DNA of 44,788 bases, taken from the NCBI GenBank assembly GCA_020053275.1, contig JAGVNL010000012.1, positions 1-44,788 on the forward strand, given 5' to 3'. Below are positions 1 through 8,889 of this stretch, one piece after another. Source of the stretch: a bacterium. Its GTDB lineage: Bacteria; Patescibacteriota; Patescibacteriia; UBA9934. The notes beneath the pieces are model-generated. The model did not search any database, was not told the DNA's origin, and was given only the letters and a program-made list of their open reading frames with translations. Both the position numbers and the translations under genes were made by a program. Within the stretch, counting starts at the first letter, position 1. The number at the start of each line of letters is the position of its first letter.

Positions 1-55
1 CACGGCTGATTTCTTCACGCTCTTTAACGGTTAACCGAGTGTAGGGATTTGGCAT
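1..55 (-). CDS. IS30-family transposase, N-terminal fragment (HTH_38)
   Basis: ATG at 55 translates MPNPYTRLTVKEREEISR..., the typical Y-x-R-L-T-x-x-E-R-E-E-I start of IS30 transposases. Runs off the window; not in the ORF track. Confidence 0.7.
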   Translation of the reverse strand, partial: MPNPYTRLTVKEREEISR

Positions 56-98
56 ACGGATAGAAGTCTACCCGTTGCGTTAGATTTTGGAGAGGAAG
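1..98 (-). mobile_element. IS30-family insertion sequence, left end (truncated by window edge)
   Basis: Minus strand reads CCTCTCCAAAATCTAACGCAAC (approx. 95-74), resembling IS30 terminal inverted repeats ending in ...AACGCAAC. It is followed 18 nt later by the start of an IS30-type transposase. The exact end is uncertain by a few bp. Confidence 0.65.
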
Positions 99-110
99 AA
101 GTATTAATTG

Positions 111-119
111 TGCTATACT
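111..119 (+). promoter_or_regulatory. Extended -10 promoter (TG-C-TATACT), probably leaderless transcript
   Basis: TGCTATACT ends 6 nt before ATG 126. Confidence 0.5.
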
Positions 120-125
120 GATAGT

Positions 126-299
126 ATGAAACAGCGTATTCATAATAAAAGAAAGGATACACTTGTAATGACCATAGAAAAGAAATATGGTGTTGATTTA
201 GGCTATAGGTCGGATGCACAGTTACACACCGTTTTAAAAAAAGAAGGACTGCCATCACTTTTTAAGTTGCTTAAGATGACTCATGCTGGTGTCAGATAG
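126..299 (+). CDS. Small hypothetical protein (IEKKYGVDLGYRSDAQL...LKKEGLPSL motif)
   Basis: 57-aa basic ORF from ATG 126 with an extended -10 immediately upstream. The motif resembles a small conserved protein family of unknown function. Confidence 0.65.
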   Translation: MKQRIHNKRKDTLVMTIEKKYGVDLGYRSDAQLHTVLKKEGLPSLFKLLKMTHAGVR

Positions 300-455
300 T
301 ACATGGATAGTTTAGATTTTATTGCTGACAAAGAGTGTTGAAAATGCCTTGGCATTATTGGTATATATTTTACAGAAAGCTCCGCGAGGTTTAAAAAAGA
401 TATAATTATCCATAGTTAGTAGCATTATTAAGCATTTAAGAGTACAACAATGGAT

Positions 456-1013
456 ATGAAAAAAATCTTATACAGTACCATCGCTATAATTCCAATCATC
501 GTCATCCTAGCGTTTACTCTGCCTTCAAAAACCGCTAAGACGCCAGTCGTCGTCACCAATTTCGCTGAATGTGCCGCACTCGGTAACCCCGTCATGGAGT
601 CATACCCTCGTCAGTGCAGAGCAGGGGACAAAACATTCGCCGAAGATGTCGGCAATATAATTGCCAAGATGGAACTCATCCGCTTGGAGACGCCACAGCC
701 AGGCGCCATGGTCAGCAGTCCATTAACCATTAAAGGGGAGGCTCGTGGCAGTTGGTTTTTTGAGGCAAGCTTTCCTGTGGTTATAACAAATTGGGACGGA
801 CTAATCATCGGCGAAGGCGTTGCGCAAGCACAGGGCGACTGGATGACCACAGACTTCGTGCCATTCACGGCGTCACTCACATTCACTGCCGACCCAGCTG
901 CTTACAGCGATCGCGGCACACTCATTCTTCGCAAGGACAATCCTTCCGGCCTCCCAGCCAACGACGACGCTCTCGAGATTCCAGTAATCATTGATAGTGG
1001 GGCAGGGTTATAA
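456..1013 (+). CDS. Gmad2 immunoglobulin-like domain protein, membrane anchored
   Basis: N-terminal TM helix; NFAECAALGNPVMESYPRQC motif; SPLTIKGEARGSWFFEASFPV...DWMTTDFVPF...KDNPSGLP typical of CPR Gmad2 proteins. Alternative start at 450. Confidence 0.8.
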   Translation: MKKILYSTIAIIPIIVILAFTLPSKTAKTPVVVTNFAECAALGNPVMESYPRQCRAGDKTFAEDVGNIIAKMELIRLETPQPGAMVSSPLTIKGEARGSWFFEASFPVVITNWDGLIIGEGVAQAQGDWMTTDFVPFTASLTFTADPAAYSDRGTLILRKDNPSGLPANDDALEIPVIIDSGAGL

Positions 1014-1032
1014 AATCAGTTAGGTGATTAGT

Positions 1033-1365
1033 ATGATTCATGAAATGAAGTTGCAACCTGCGCCTTTTGATACAATTAAGGCCGGTACTAAAAAAATCGA
1101 ATGTCGACTATTCGATGCTAAGCGTCAACTTATTAAAGTCGGAGATACGATAATTTTTAAACGCGCACCAGATTTTGTTGAAGAAGTCGCCACGGTTGTG
1201 ACCGGACTACTTCGTTATTCAACATTCTCAGCACTATTCGCAGACTTTGCACCGGAAGTATTTGGTGTGAGTGATCTCAAAACACTAAATGAGGCCATAT
1301 ACCAATATTACACAAAGCAGGACGAAACTACTTTTGGAGTAGTTGGTATTCAGATTGAATTGTAA
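1033..1365 (+). CDS. ASCH domain (PUA-like RNA-binding) protein
   Basis: HEMKLQPAPFDTIKAGTKKIECRLFDAKRQLIKVGDTIIF contains the ASCH GxKxxExR motif. Confidence 0.85.
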   Translation: MIHEMKLQPAPFDTIKAGTKKIECRLFDAKRQLIKVGDTIIFKRAPDFVEEVATVVTGLLRYSTFSALFADFAPEVFGVSDLKTLNEAIYQYYTKQDETTFGVVGIQIEL

Positions 1366-1395
1366 AAACAAAGTCCAGCACACGGTGGTGCTGGA
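1366..1395 (-). terminator. Intrinsic terminator for the minus-strand orphan at 1416-1595
   Basis: TCCAGCAC-6nt-GTGCTGGA hairpin (1374-1395) followed on the minus strand by CTTTGTTTT. Confidence 0.55.
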
Positions 1396-1415
1396 GAAGG
1401 GGAACGCGCTGGTCG

Positions 1416-1595
1416 CTACGGGGTGGTGTAGTCGTGCTGAACGGCTTCAGGCACAGTGTCTGGCTGATGCTTCGCTTGGCGCAGATCGCCAACGCACATT
1501 ACGATGAATATGAGCAGACAGAGCAGAATTGCAACACACCCTGGAGCCCTACTTGTTGAGAGCTCACCAAATTCGTTGTTGACTGGTTCAGACAT
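1416..1595 (-). CDS. Small orphan membrane protein (59 aa)
   Basis: MSEPVNNEFGELSTSRAPGCVAILLCLLIFIVMCVG...; single TM; GAGGTG Shine-Dalgarno just before the ATG; terminator downstream. Confidence 0.55.
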   Translation of the reverse strand: MSEPVNNEFGELSTSRAPGCVAILLCLLIFIVMCVGDLRQAKHQPDTVPEAVQHDYTTP

Positions 1596-1719
1596 TGGGC
1601 ACCTCAGGCCAAATGTATCTAATGTCGCCTGGAATGACAAGCCCACATGACTGTCGATAGCTATTTAACCTAGTCGAGAGTATATTCCTTATTAGAAGCT
1701 AATTCCTAAACGATAAAAT

Positions 1720-1872
1720 ATGTTGTGGACCATCGCGATTATTCTCTTCATCCTTTGGCTCCTAGGTCTCGTCACAGCTCATGCTTTTGGCGGCTTCATT
1801 CACATCCTACTCGTGATTGCTATCATTGCTGTCCTTATTCGCATTATTCGCGGCGAAAAGATTATTAAATAA
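1720..1872 (+). CDS. lmo0937-family (DUF5670) small membrane protein, 50 aa
   Basis: Translated by hand: MLWTIAIILFILWLLGLVTAHAFGGFIHILLVIAIIAVLIRIIRGEKIIK; WLLG...GGFIHILLVIA signature. Below the ORF-track cutoff. Confidence 0.85.
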   Translation: MLWTIAIILFILWLLGLVTAHAFGGFIHILLVIAIIAVLIRIIRGEKIIK

Positions 1873-1877
1873 TTACT

Positions 1878-2213
1878 ATGGAAAACAAATTCAAGAAAGG
1901 TTTAATTCTCGGCGGGTTGCTGGCCGTCGGTGCCGCTATCGGCTTTGCTTTCACTAAGCCAGGTCAAGAATTGACGGAAGACATTAAGGACGACGCTAAG
2001 AAACTCGCCAAAAAAATTAAGAAGGCCTTACATAAAATGGAAGATGTTACTAAAGAGGCATACGACGACTTGGTAGAGAAAGTGGTGGACGAATACGCTG
2101 CCAAGAAAGAGCTAGCGATTGACATCAAGGACACCTTGGTCGAAACCTTGCGTCGCGAATGGCACGCCATGGAGGAGCAGTACAATGATCTGAAGGACGA
2201 AATCGCCGATTAA
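1878..2213 (+). CDS. YtxH-like membrane-anchored coiled-coil protein
   Basis: KFKKGLILGGLLAVGAAIGF...PGQEL followed by a charged helical tail. Confidence 0.6.
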   Translation: MENKFKKGLILGGLLAVGAAIGFAFTKPGQELTEDIKDDAKKLAKKIKKALHKMEDVTKEAYDDLVEKVVDEYAAKKELAIDIKDTLVETLRREWHAMEEQYNDLKDEIAD

Positions 2214-2221
2214 TAATAAAA

Positions 2222-2256
2222 TCCCTCAAAGCCAATTTGGTTCTGAGGGTTTTTTG
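2222..2256 (+). terminator. Intrinsic terminator
   Basis: CCCTCAAAGCCAA-T-TTGGTTCTGAGGG hairpin followed by a T run. Confidence 0.7.
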
Positions 2257-2286
2257 TTATCAAATTGCGTAGTATACTACTACTGT

Positions 2287-2769
2287 ATGAAAAATAAAAT
2301 CGTTGACGGGTTCAATCATTTTCTGGGTTTCCCCGGTTTTGATTACCAGCAAATAAGCAAACTCGTCTACCTTGGCACAAACATGTGCTGCCAGTTTGGT
2401 TTCGCGAAGGAGTTGTTGAGCAAGGGCATTAGGGTAGACATCAGTCTTGAGGACTTGCGCATAGACGCCCCGCACGGCGTCGACTATTTCTTGTGGTTGC
2501 CAACTCCAGATTATTTACCACCAACACCGGACGCCCTAGCGCTCGGCGTGGAGTTGCTAGAGTTTTGCGCCAAACGAGAATTACCAGTTTACATTCATTG
2601 CCGTAACGGTCATGGCCGCGCGCCAACCCTGCTCGCAGCTTATCTTATAAAGCAAGGCATGACTCCTACAGATGCCATCGCCAACATAAAAGCCAAACGC
2701 CCCAGCATCCACATCACCGAAGCTCAAATGGCCGGCCTCAAAGCCTACAGTAAAACCATTAACCAATAA
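2287..2769 (+). CDS. Dual-specificity protein phosphatase family protein
   Basis: VYIHCRNGHGRAPTLLAAYL = HCx5R catalytic loop; general-acid loop PTPD. Confidence 0.88.
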   Translation: MKNKIVDGFNHFLGFPGFDYQQISKLVYLGTNMCCQFGFAKELLSKGIRVDISLEDLRIDAPHGVDYFLWLPTPDYLPPTPDALALGVELLEFCAKRELPVYIHCRNGHGRAPTLLAAYLIKQGMTPTDAIANIKAKRPSIHITEAQMAGLKAYSKTINQ

Positions 2770-2771
2770 TT

Positions 2772-3257
2772 ATGCGCAATCTTCGTCACCTAGCCAACCT
2801 CGCCTTGTGGGTGATCGGCGTCGAGTTCGCTGGCATAATCGGCTCAATCTTCACCATGTCGGCGATACCAGTTTGGTATGCTACGCTTACTAAGCCAACC
2901 TGGAATCCACCAGCCTGGGTGTTCGGGCCGGTCTGGACATTGCTGTTCGCCATGATGGGGCTGGCTGCTTACTTGGTTTGGCAAAAAGGAATCCGTAAGA
3001 CGCAAGTACGGCAAGCGATCGTGGTCTTCGTCGCGCAACTCATCCTGAATATTAGCTGGTCGTATGTTTTCTTTACACTGCACAGCCCAGGCGGTGCGTT
3101 TGTAGAAATTATTGGCTTGTGGTTCATGATCCTGGCTACCATCGTGGCTTTTGCTAGAGTATCTAAACCAGCAGCCTGGCTACTCTTGCCCTATATTTTA
3201 TGGGTAAGTTTTGCCGCTGTTCTCAATTACTCAATTTGGCAGCTGGCGCTTACTTGA
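2772..3257 (+). CDS. tspO: TspO/MBR family tryptophan-rich sensory protein
   Basis: WYATLTKPTWNPPAWVFGPVWTLL, LNISWSYVFF, LLLPYILWVSFA; 5 TM. Confidence 0.93.
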   Translation: MRNLRHLANLALWVIGVEFAGIIGSIFTMSAIPVWYATLTKPTWNPPAWVFGPVWTLLFAMMGLAAYLVWQKGIRKTQVRQAIVVFVAQLILNISWSYVFFTLHSPGGAFVEIIGLWFMILATIVAFARVSKPAAWLLLPYILWVSFAAVLNYSIWQLALT

Positions 3258-3258
3258 T

Positions 3259-4155
3259 ATGCCAAAGAAAATAAAAGTTTTACTGGCTGGTCAGGTGAAG
3301 GGCTGGTTCATGGACAGAGCACAGCGGGAGGCCAAGAGTCGAGGTTTGGAGATAGTAGGCTGTATGGCAGGAGCTCTGGTTAGTACTCACGACGCCAGCG
3401 GTACCAAGTTTTTGGTGAACGGAAAAGATCTGTTTAGTTACGATATTATCCATTTATTCACGGTCCAAAAGCATCGGGCATTGTGGTACGCAGCAGCGGC
3501 CGCAGCAGCCGAGCAGGGCACAGTTATCCTCGACGCCAACTGCATAGCTACGCCAATGCACGAGCAGTCAGTGTCATACCAACTGGCTCGTCAAAGCGAA
3601 CTCGGTTTGCCGTTTCCGGCTACAACTATCACTTCGTCCTGGCGTCAGGCCATCAAAACGCTTCGTGCCAGCAAGTGGCCCATCGTCGTTAAAACTCTAA
3701 ACTCTCGCAAAGGTCGCGGCGTCACCCTTGTCCGCCACTGGTTTGACTTCATAAAGTTTTCTTGGGCTCAGCGCCACCAATCCTCATTTGCCTTCCGTCA
3801 ATTCATTAAGGCTGACGGCGACTATCGCATTACCGTCATTGGCGGCGTGGCCCAGTCGGCCGTCTTGCGTCGTGGGCAAAAAGGGGAGTGGCGCAACAAC
3901 CTCTCACTCGGTGGTAGCGGCGAAGCTATCCCGTTAACAAACATTCCAGAAGTAATCGAAATCGCTGAGCAAGCAGCTGTAGCTTTTGATTTTGACCTCG
4001 CTGGCGTCGACATTATAGTTGCCAAAACAGGCGAACCATACATTTTAGAAATAAACCGTACGCCGCAACTAACAGGCTCAGAAAGATTGACCGGCCTAAA
4101 CCTAGTTGGCAAAGTGCTAGATCTCTATGTCAGCAAATACAAAAAGTCCAAATAA
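3259..4155 (+). CDS. RimK-family ATP-grasp ligase
   Basis: PIVVKTLNSRKGRGV, DYRITVIGG, EWRNNLSLGG, AGVDII, YILEINRTP. ATG 3259 directly follows the tspO stop. Confidence 0.82.
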   Translation: MPKKIKVLLAGQVKGWFMDRAQREAKSRGLEIVGCMAGALVSTHDASGTKFLVNGKDLFSYDIIHLFTVQKHRALWYAAAAAAAEQGTVILDANCIATPMHEQSVSYQLARQSELGLPFPATTITSSWRQAIKTLRASKWPIVVKTLNSRKGRGVTLVRHWFDFIKFSWAQRHQSSFAFRQFIKADGDYRITVIGGVAQSAVLRRGQKGEWRNNLSLGGSGEAIPLTNIPEVIEIAEQAAVAFDFDLAGVDIIVAKTGEPYILEINRTPQLTGSERLTGLNLVGKVLDLYVSKYKKSK

Positions 4156-4188
4156 ATGTTATACTTCAGTCAATCTAACATTCGCCCT

Positions 4189-5142
4189 ATGAAAATCACT
4201 CTCCCGCATTCCACAGCTCGTGATGTCTTTGGTCACCTGCTCGGCATCGGCACGCTCTACGCCTGTGTCATTGGTTTCATCACGCTACTTTTTCAGTATG
4301 TCAATGTAAAGTTTCCCGATGTCTTGTCTTACTCCTACTCCAATGCTCTCGACATTATTCGTAACAGCATGGCCGTACTAATTGTAGTCTGGCCAGCCTT
4401 TATTCTTATCTCATGGTTGCTCAGCAAGGATGTCCAAGCAGATCCAAAAAAGCATCAGATTGGTATTAAAAAATGGTTACTCTATTTGACTCTCTTCGTT
4501 ACCGCTATCACCATGATTGTTGATTTGGTTACGCTCGTCAATTACTTCTTGAACGGCGAAATCACTACTCGCTTCATTCTTAAAGTAATTGTCGTTCTCG
4601 TTACTGCTGCTGCCGTCTTCGGTTACTATCTATGGGATTTGCGTCGTGATGTTACAAAGAAAACAAAAGTTAATAAGGTGACGGCCTGGTCAACCTCCAT
4701 CGTGCTTGTCGCAGCCATCGTTCTCGGCTTTGTGCTTGTTGGCTCACCAATGCAGCAACGCTTGGTCCGCCTCGACGAAACTCGTGTCAGCGATTTGCAG
4801 CTAATCCAAAATGAGGTTGTTAATTTCTACGCCACCAAACACACACTTCCAGCATCGTTGAGAGAACTTTCAACCTCACTCAACGGTTTCAATGCTCCAG
4901 TCGATCCAGAAACTAGTGCAGCCTACGAGTACATTCCAGCAGCTGACGCTATCAACGAAATTCGTAACTTTGAGCTCTGCGCTTCATTCGCTACTACCGA
5001 CATTGGGACTACGCTAAAATCAGGTGTTTACCCTGAACCTCGATCAGTCTACATTGATCCTGTTTATGGCGGTAACTGGTCACACACCACTGGTCGTGTC
5101 TGCTTCACCCGAACTGTAGATTCTTCAATGTTCTATGAGTAA
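4189..5142 (+). CDS. DUF5671 domain membrane protein with C-terminal pilin-like extracellular domain
   Basis: ARDVFGHL, KWLLYLTLFV, FLNGEITTRFILK, GSPMQQRLVRLDETRVSDLQ...DPET..YEY...C...C. Confidence 0.75.
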   Translation: MKITLPHSTARDVFGHLLGIGTLYACVIGFITLLFQYVNVKFPDVLSYSYSNALDIIRNSMAVLIVVWPAFILISWLLSKDVQADPKKHQIGIKKWLLYLTLFVTAITMIVDLVTLVNYFLNGEITTRFILKVIVVLVTAAAVFGYYLWDLRRDVTKKTKVNKVTAWSTSIVLVAAIVLGFVLVGSPMQQRLVRLDETRVSDLQLIQNEVVNFYATKHTLPASLRELSTSLNGFNAPVDPETSAAYEYIPAADAINEIRNFELCASFATTDIGTTLKSGVYPEPRSVYIDPVYGGNWSHTTGRVCFTRTVDSSMFYE

Positions 5143-6355
5143 GAATCTCTGGCAACGCCTGGGACCTGGTTTCATTACTGGTGCTGCTGACGACGACCCA
5201 TCAGGAATTGGCACCTACTCGCAAACCGGAGCGCAGTTCGGCTATGGACAGTTATGGTTAGCGTTGTTCAGCTTTCCGTTCATGACTGTTGTGCAGGAAA
5301 TGTGTGGCCGTATTGGTATTGTTACGCGCCGTGGGTTGTCTGGTACTATTCGCCGTCATTACAGCCGGCCAGTATTGTATGTTGCCGTGTCGCTACTCAT
5401 CATCGCCAATACCATCAACATAGGAGCAGACTTGGGTGCTATGGCGGCAGCCGGTCAATTGTTACTCGGCGTACCGTTCACTGTGTGGCTGCTTGGCTTA
5501 ACGGTCTTGACGCTTGGCCTAGAAATTTTTGTTTCATATCCTCGCTACGCAAAAATCCTGAAGTACCTCACGCTGTCGTTGCTAGCGTATGTGGTTACCG
5601 CCTTTGTAGTTAAGCAGGACTGGAGCCAAGTCGCTTGGTCTACTTTCGTACCATCGTTCTCGTTTCAGCGCGAGTACATTCTAAACATCGTGGCCGTCCT
5701 CGGCACCACCATTTCGCCCTACCTATTTTTCTGGCAAGCGAACGAGGAAGTGGAAGAGGAATTGGGCAAGAAGAAACAAAACCTATTCTCGGCTATTCGC
5801 GATATGCGTCTCGACACAGCAGTCGGCATGTTCTTTTCCAACCTCGTCATGTTCTTCATCATCGTCACCACCGCGTCCACTCTTGGCGCTCACGGCATTA
5901 CCCAAATCGACACCGCCGCCGCTGCCGCCGAGGCCTTGCGCCCGCTGGCAGGTAACTTCACCTTCGTCCTCTTCGCTATTGGTATCATGGGAGTCGGCCT
6001 ACTCGCCGTACCAATTCTTGCAGGCTCGGCGTCTTATGCAGCAGTTGAAGCTTTTGATTTACCAGGCGGCCTAAACAAAAAATGGTATGAAGCGCGAGCC
6101 TTCTACGGCATAATTATTCTTGCGACGCTAGTTGGCGTACTCATCAACTACTTACACATTCCGCCATTCACCATGCTGTACTACACAGCTGTGCTGAACG
6201 GCCTAGTCGCTCCGCCACTCTTGCTACTAATCCTCCTCATCTCGAATAATAAAAAAATAATGGGTAGTCATACTAACGGCAAATGGTCCAACCTTCTTGG
6301 CGTACTCGTTATGCTCATTATGGCTACAGCTGGTGTCTTGATTTTCGTTCTATAA
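5135..6355 (+). CDS. Nramp-related divalent metal transporter (YcsG/NRMT-like)
   Basis: GPGFITGAADDDPSGIGTYSQ, QEMCGRIG, LGTTISPYLFFWQ; about 11 TM. Confidence 0.88.
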   Translation: MSKNLWQRLGPGFITGAADDDPSGIGTYSQTGAQFGYGQLWLALFSFPFMTVVQEMCGRIGIVTRRGLSGTIRRHYSRPVLYVAVSLLIIANTINIGADLGAMAAAGQLLLGVPFTVWLLGLTVLTLGLEIFVSYPRYAKILKYLTLSLLAYVVTAFVVKQDWSQVAWSTFVPSFSFQREYILNIVAVLGTTISPYLFFWQANEEVEEELGKKKQNLFSAIRDMRLDTAVGMFFSNLVMFFIIVTTASTLGAHGITQIDTAAAAAEALRPLAGNFTFVLFAIGIMGVGLLAVPILAGSASYAAVEAFDLPGGLNKKWYEARAFYGIIILATLVGVLINYLHIPPFTMLYYTAVLNGLVAPPLLLLILLISNNKKIMGSHTNGKWSNLLGVLVMLIMATAGVLIFVL

Positions 6356-6369
6356 TCTCTTAAACAAAT

Positions 6370-8802
6370 ATGTCAGAACGACAGGGCGGGGGTGAATACC
6401 AACCTCGACAAGATAAAGAATCAATCCTCCACGAGAATCGTTTGGAGCGTTTTTCCAAACGCTATCATCGGTTTCTCAAAGTCCTCTTCGTTGCTTGGAA
6501 TGTGGCCTATCTGGATCATGAGGATCTTTTGCTTGCAGCTGAACGCATGCCTCAGATAATTAGCGCTAAGATGAGTGAAGATGAAGCTAAAAAAACTGCA
6601 GAAGGCTTGCTAGAAAAGTATCAGGAAAAGATGGATAAGGGTGAATCATTGCCTGTTGACCTAGCTACTTTATATTTAGAGCAGGAACGACAGCTGGGTG
6701 GTGTCAGTGAGGCAGACACTGCGAAAGCTCGAGCTCACTTTGATGCACTAGTCGAAGCTGCCAAGCGCCAACAGGCTGGCGGCTGGTCAGAGCCAGAAAC
6801 GCTTGGTTGGATTCTCAAACAGCAAGGCGACTACAACGACGGCTATAATCAACTCACCGATCTTCTTAATTCTGGCGTCGGCGAATGCGAGGCACGGGCT
6901 AAATTTATTGCCGCCATGGTGCAGGCCGTGTTCCCTGAATATGTTAAGAACAGTCAAATGAAGGTGGAGATTTTCCGTGGTAAAGTAAATGAGAGTGGCG
7001 TAATTCAACCAGGCCATGTTCGTGTCATCATCGACCTTACAGCAGAAGGTAAAGGAGTAATAGTTTTGGAGGGCGACGCACCACATCACGAAATGAATCC
7101 TACAGATATTGCCAAGCACCAGGAAATAGGTGGGCGAGAAGTAACGGCGATGGCTGTAAAATCTTTTGCTGTTAAAACTGGTCTAACAACTTGGGGTGTT
7201 GAGGACGAACCAAACAAGAAATTAATCAAAAAAGCCACCCGCGAGGATCTTAAAAAAGTTGCTGAACTGAAAGACCCAATCGGCCAGGTCTCCAGTCTGC
7301 TTCATTCCGCCTTAGTAGATAACTCAACCAGCAGTTACCCAGAAGGTATTGCCACTTACGGCGACGGCCGCGAGACCATGAACATTGACCCACATCCGAT
7401 TGGCAAATCTTACGCCCTCTCGCGCGAAAACTTCGGCAACACAATCGAACTTCGTCTGGTTCACAACAAGCCAAAATTAACGCTCGATAATCTTGATCAA
7501 GCTTATACTTCTGGTATCATCGATCTTGAAAGGTTTGACACCTTCGATGAGCAAGCGCTTGATGTGTTGTTGACGCAACGACAAGAACAAATGAGGGTTT
7601 CAACCCTAGCGAATCTTGCAACTAACGGTAGTACACCTCAAATGAAGCGTGTTACTGAAAGGATAAATGCTCGCTATCAGCCGATTGCCATAAATTCTAA
7701 GCAGGGGATTCATAGATCAATATTCAGGGAACACGGGCCGATAGCCTGGGTTCTTCATGGTGATCAGCTGCCGTCTATCTTTGACATCCCAACCTCGTCA
7801 ATGCAGATTAAAGGCATTACCGAAATTCCAGCAGAGATAGCTGGCATTGCCTGGACCAAAGATTCGTATTTAGATTTACAGTTGGCCATTGTAGACCTCG
7901 ATAACAATGATATAGAAGGTGGAATGGCCTTGACTCGAGCATTACAAAAAGGCTTGACGCATATTAGTATTGAAGGCGGAGGGATCGGTGACCAATTTAT
8001 TAACGGTGTTGATTTTAGGTGGATGAATAAAATGCAATCGCTGAATCTGAAAAATGTATCAACTGGTAGCTTGGCAGGCTTGGAGGTAGATCAACTAAGC
8101 TGGTCACGAAATATGGGTTTTCAGGCCGGCGCCTTAGCGAATGCTAGGGCGCACGATACCGTGTTGAGATTTAACGGCAATGGTGCAGATAAGCCAAGCA
8201 AAAATCCAAAAGATGCGCTTGAGTTTGATGGCGGCATCTTCTCTAGCAATGGCGAAGGCACTGGACAGCAGATGGGTGATTACTTCATAACCGATACCTT
8301 AGCGTTACAAGTAGCCAAAAACCAGAGGGTAACTATCGAAGCTGCTGCTTTCAGCAATATGCATTTCGATGTTTTGAGTTTAAGCTCAGACATCCTGTTG
8401 CGTGAAGATGCTCTGGTTGGTGCCAGGATCGATACTTTAGTTATTAACATCGGACAAACCGCGCCAGCCGATATGATTAAGCCAGAATTGAGAGCGATCA
8501 ACACAAAGCCACTTGAGAATATTCGACGGGTAGTTATAATCAGGAAATCTAATACTTTGCTGGATAAGGGTGATCAAGCTCTGCTTAAGAGTACGCCGCC
8601 TTTAACCAATGAAGAGTTGACGGCATTTAGGAAAGATTTGGATGCTGAGCAACTAGGGTTATTTAATGCGCGTTTAAACGCTAAAGCACCAATATTCGTA
8701 GTAGTTGATCAAGTCTATCAGTCGTTAATTGAGAAATACGGCAGTCAACAGGCCATACCAGACACCGCCTTACTCGCTTCCGCCAACATAATAAGCAATT
8801 AG
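6370..8802 (+). CDS. Large hypothetical protein: transglutaminase-like domain plus C-terminal LRR-like solenoid
   Basis: 810-aa ORF. LTDLLNSGVGECEARAK...PGHVRVII...VLEGD suggests a Cys-His-acid triad. C-terminal repeats such as TIEAAAFSNMHFDVLSLS and LREDALVGARIDTLVI. Confidence 0.6.
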   Translation: MSERQGGGEYQPRQDKESILHENRLERFSKRYHRFLKVLFVAWNVAYLDHEDLLLAAERMPQIISAKMSEDEAKKTAEGLLEKYQEKMDKGESLPVDLATLYLEQERQLGGVSEADTAKARAHFDALVEAAKRQQAGGWSEPETLGWILKQQGDYNDGYNQLTDLLNSGVGECEARAKFIAAMVQAVFPEYVKNSQMKVEIFRGKVNESGVIQPGHVRVIIDLTAEGKGVIVLEGDAPHHEMNPTDIAKHQEIGGREVTAMAVKSFAVKTGLTTWGVEDEPNKKLIKKATREDLKKVAELKDPIGQVSSLLHSALVDNSTSSYPEGIATYGDGRETMNIDPHPIGKSYALSRENFGNTIELRLVHNKPKLTLDNLDQAYTSGIIDLERFDTFDEQALDVLLTQRQEQMRVSTLANLATNGSTPQMKRVTERINARYQPIAINSKQGIHRSIFREHGPIAWVLHGDQLPSIFDIPTSSMQIKGITEIPAEIAGIAWTKDSYLDLQLAIVDLDNNDIEGGMALTRALQKGLTHISIEGGGIGDQFINGVDFRWMNKMQSLNLKNVSTGSLAGLEVDQLSWSRNMGFQAGALANARAHDTVLRFNGNGADKPSKNPKDALEFDGGIFSSNGEGTGQQMGDYFITDTLALQVAKNQRVTIEAAAFSNMHFDVLSLSSDILLREDALVGARIDTLVINIGQTAPADMIKPELRAINTKPLENIRRVVIIRKSNTLLDKGDQALLKSTPPLTNEELTAFRKDLDAEQLGLFNARLNAKAPIFVVVDQVYQSLIEKYGSQQAIPDTALLASANIISN

Positions 8803-8827
8803 GGGTCAGGTCTTGTATTGTGCATTT
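8802..8827. repeat. REP-like short element GGGGTCAGGTCTTG...TGCATTT
   Basis: Matches from memory a motif seen near REP-associated tyrosine transposases; single copy in this window. Confidence 0.35.
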
Positions 8828-8889
8828 GCCAATTCTACCGAACTAGTGTATGGTTCGCCAATTCTCATCTATAATTAGCAAAAAAAGAT

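Noticed and set aside
31-258. 75-aa minus-strand ORF in the track
   Set aside because: Antisense to the 126-299 gene and crosses the IS end; no motif or initiation signal.
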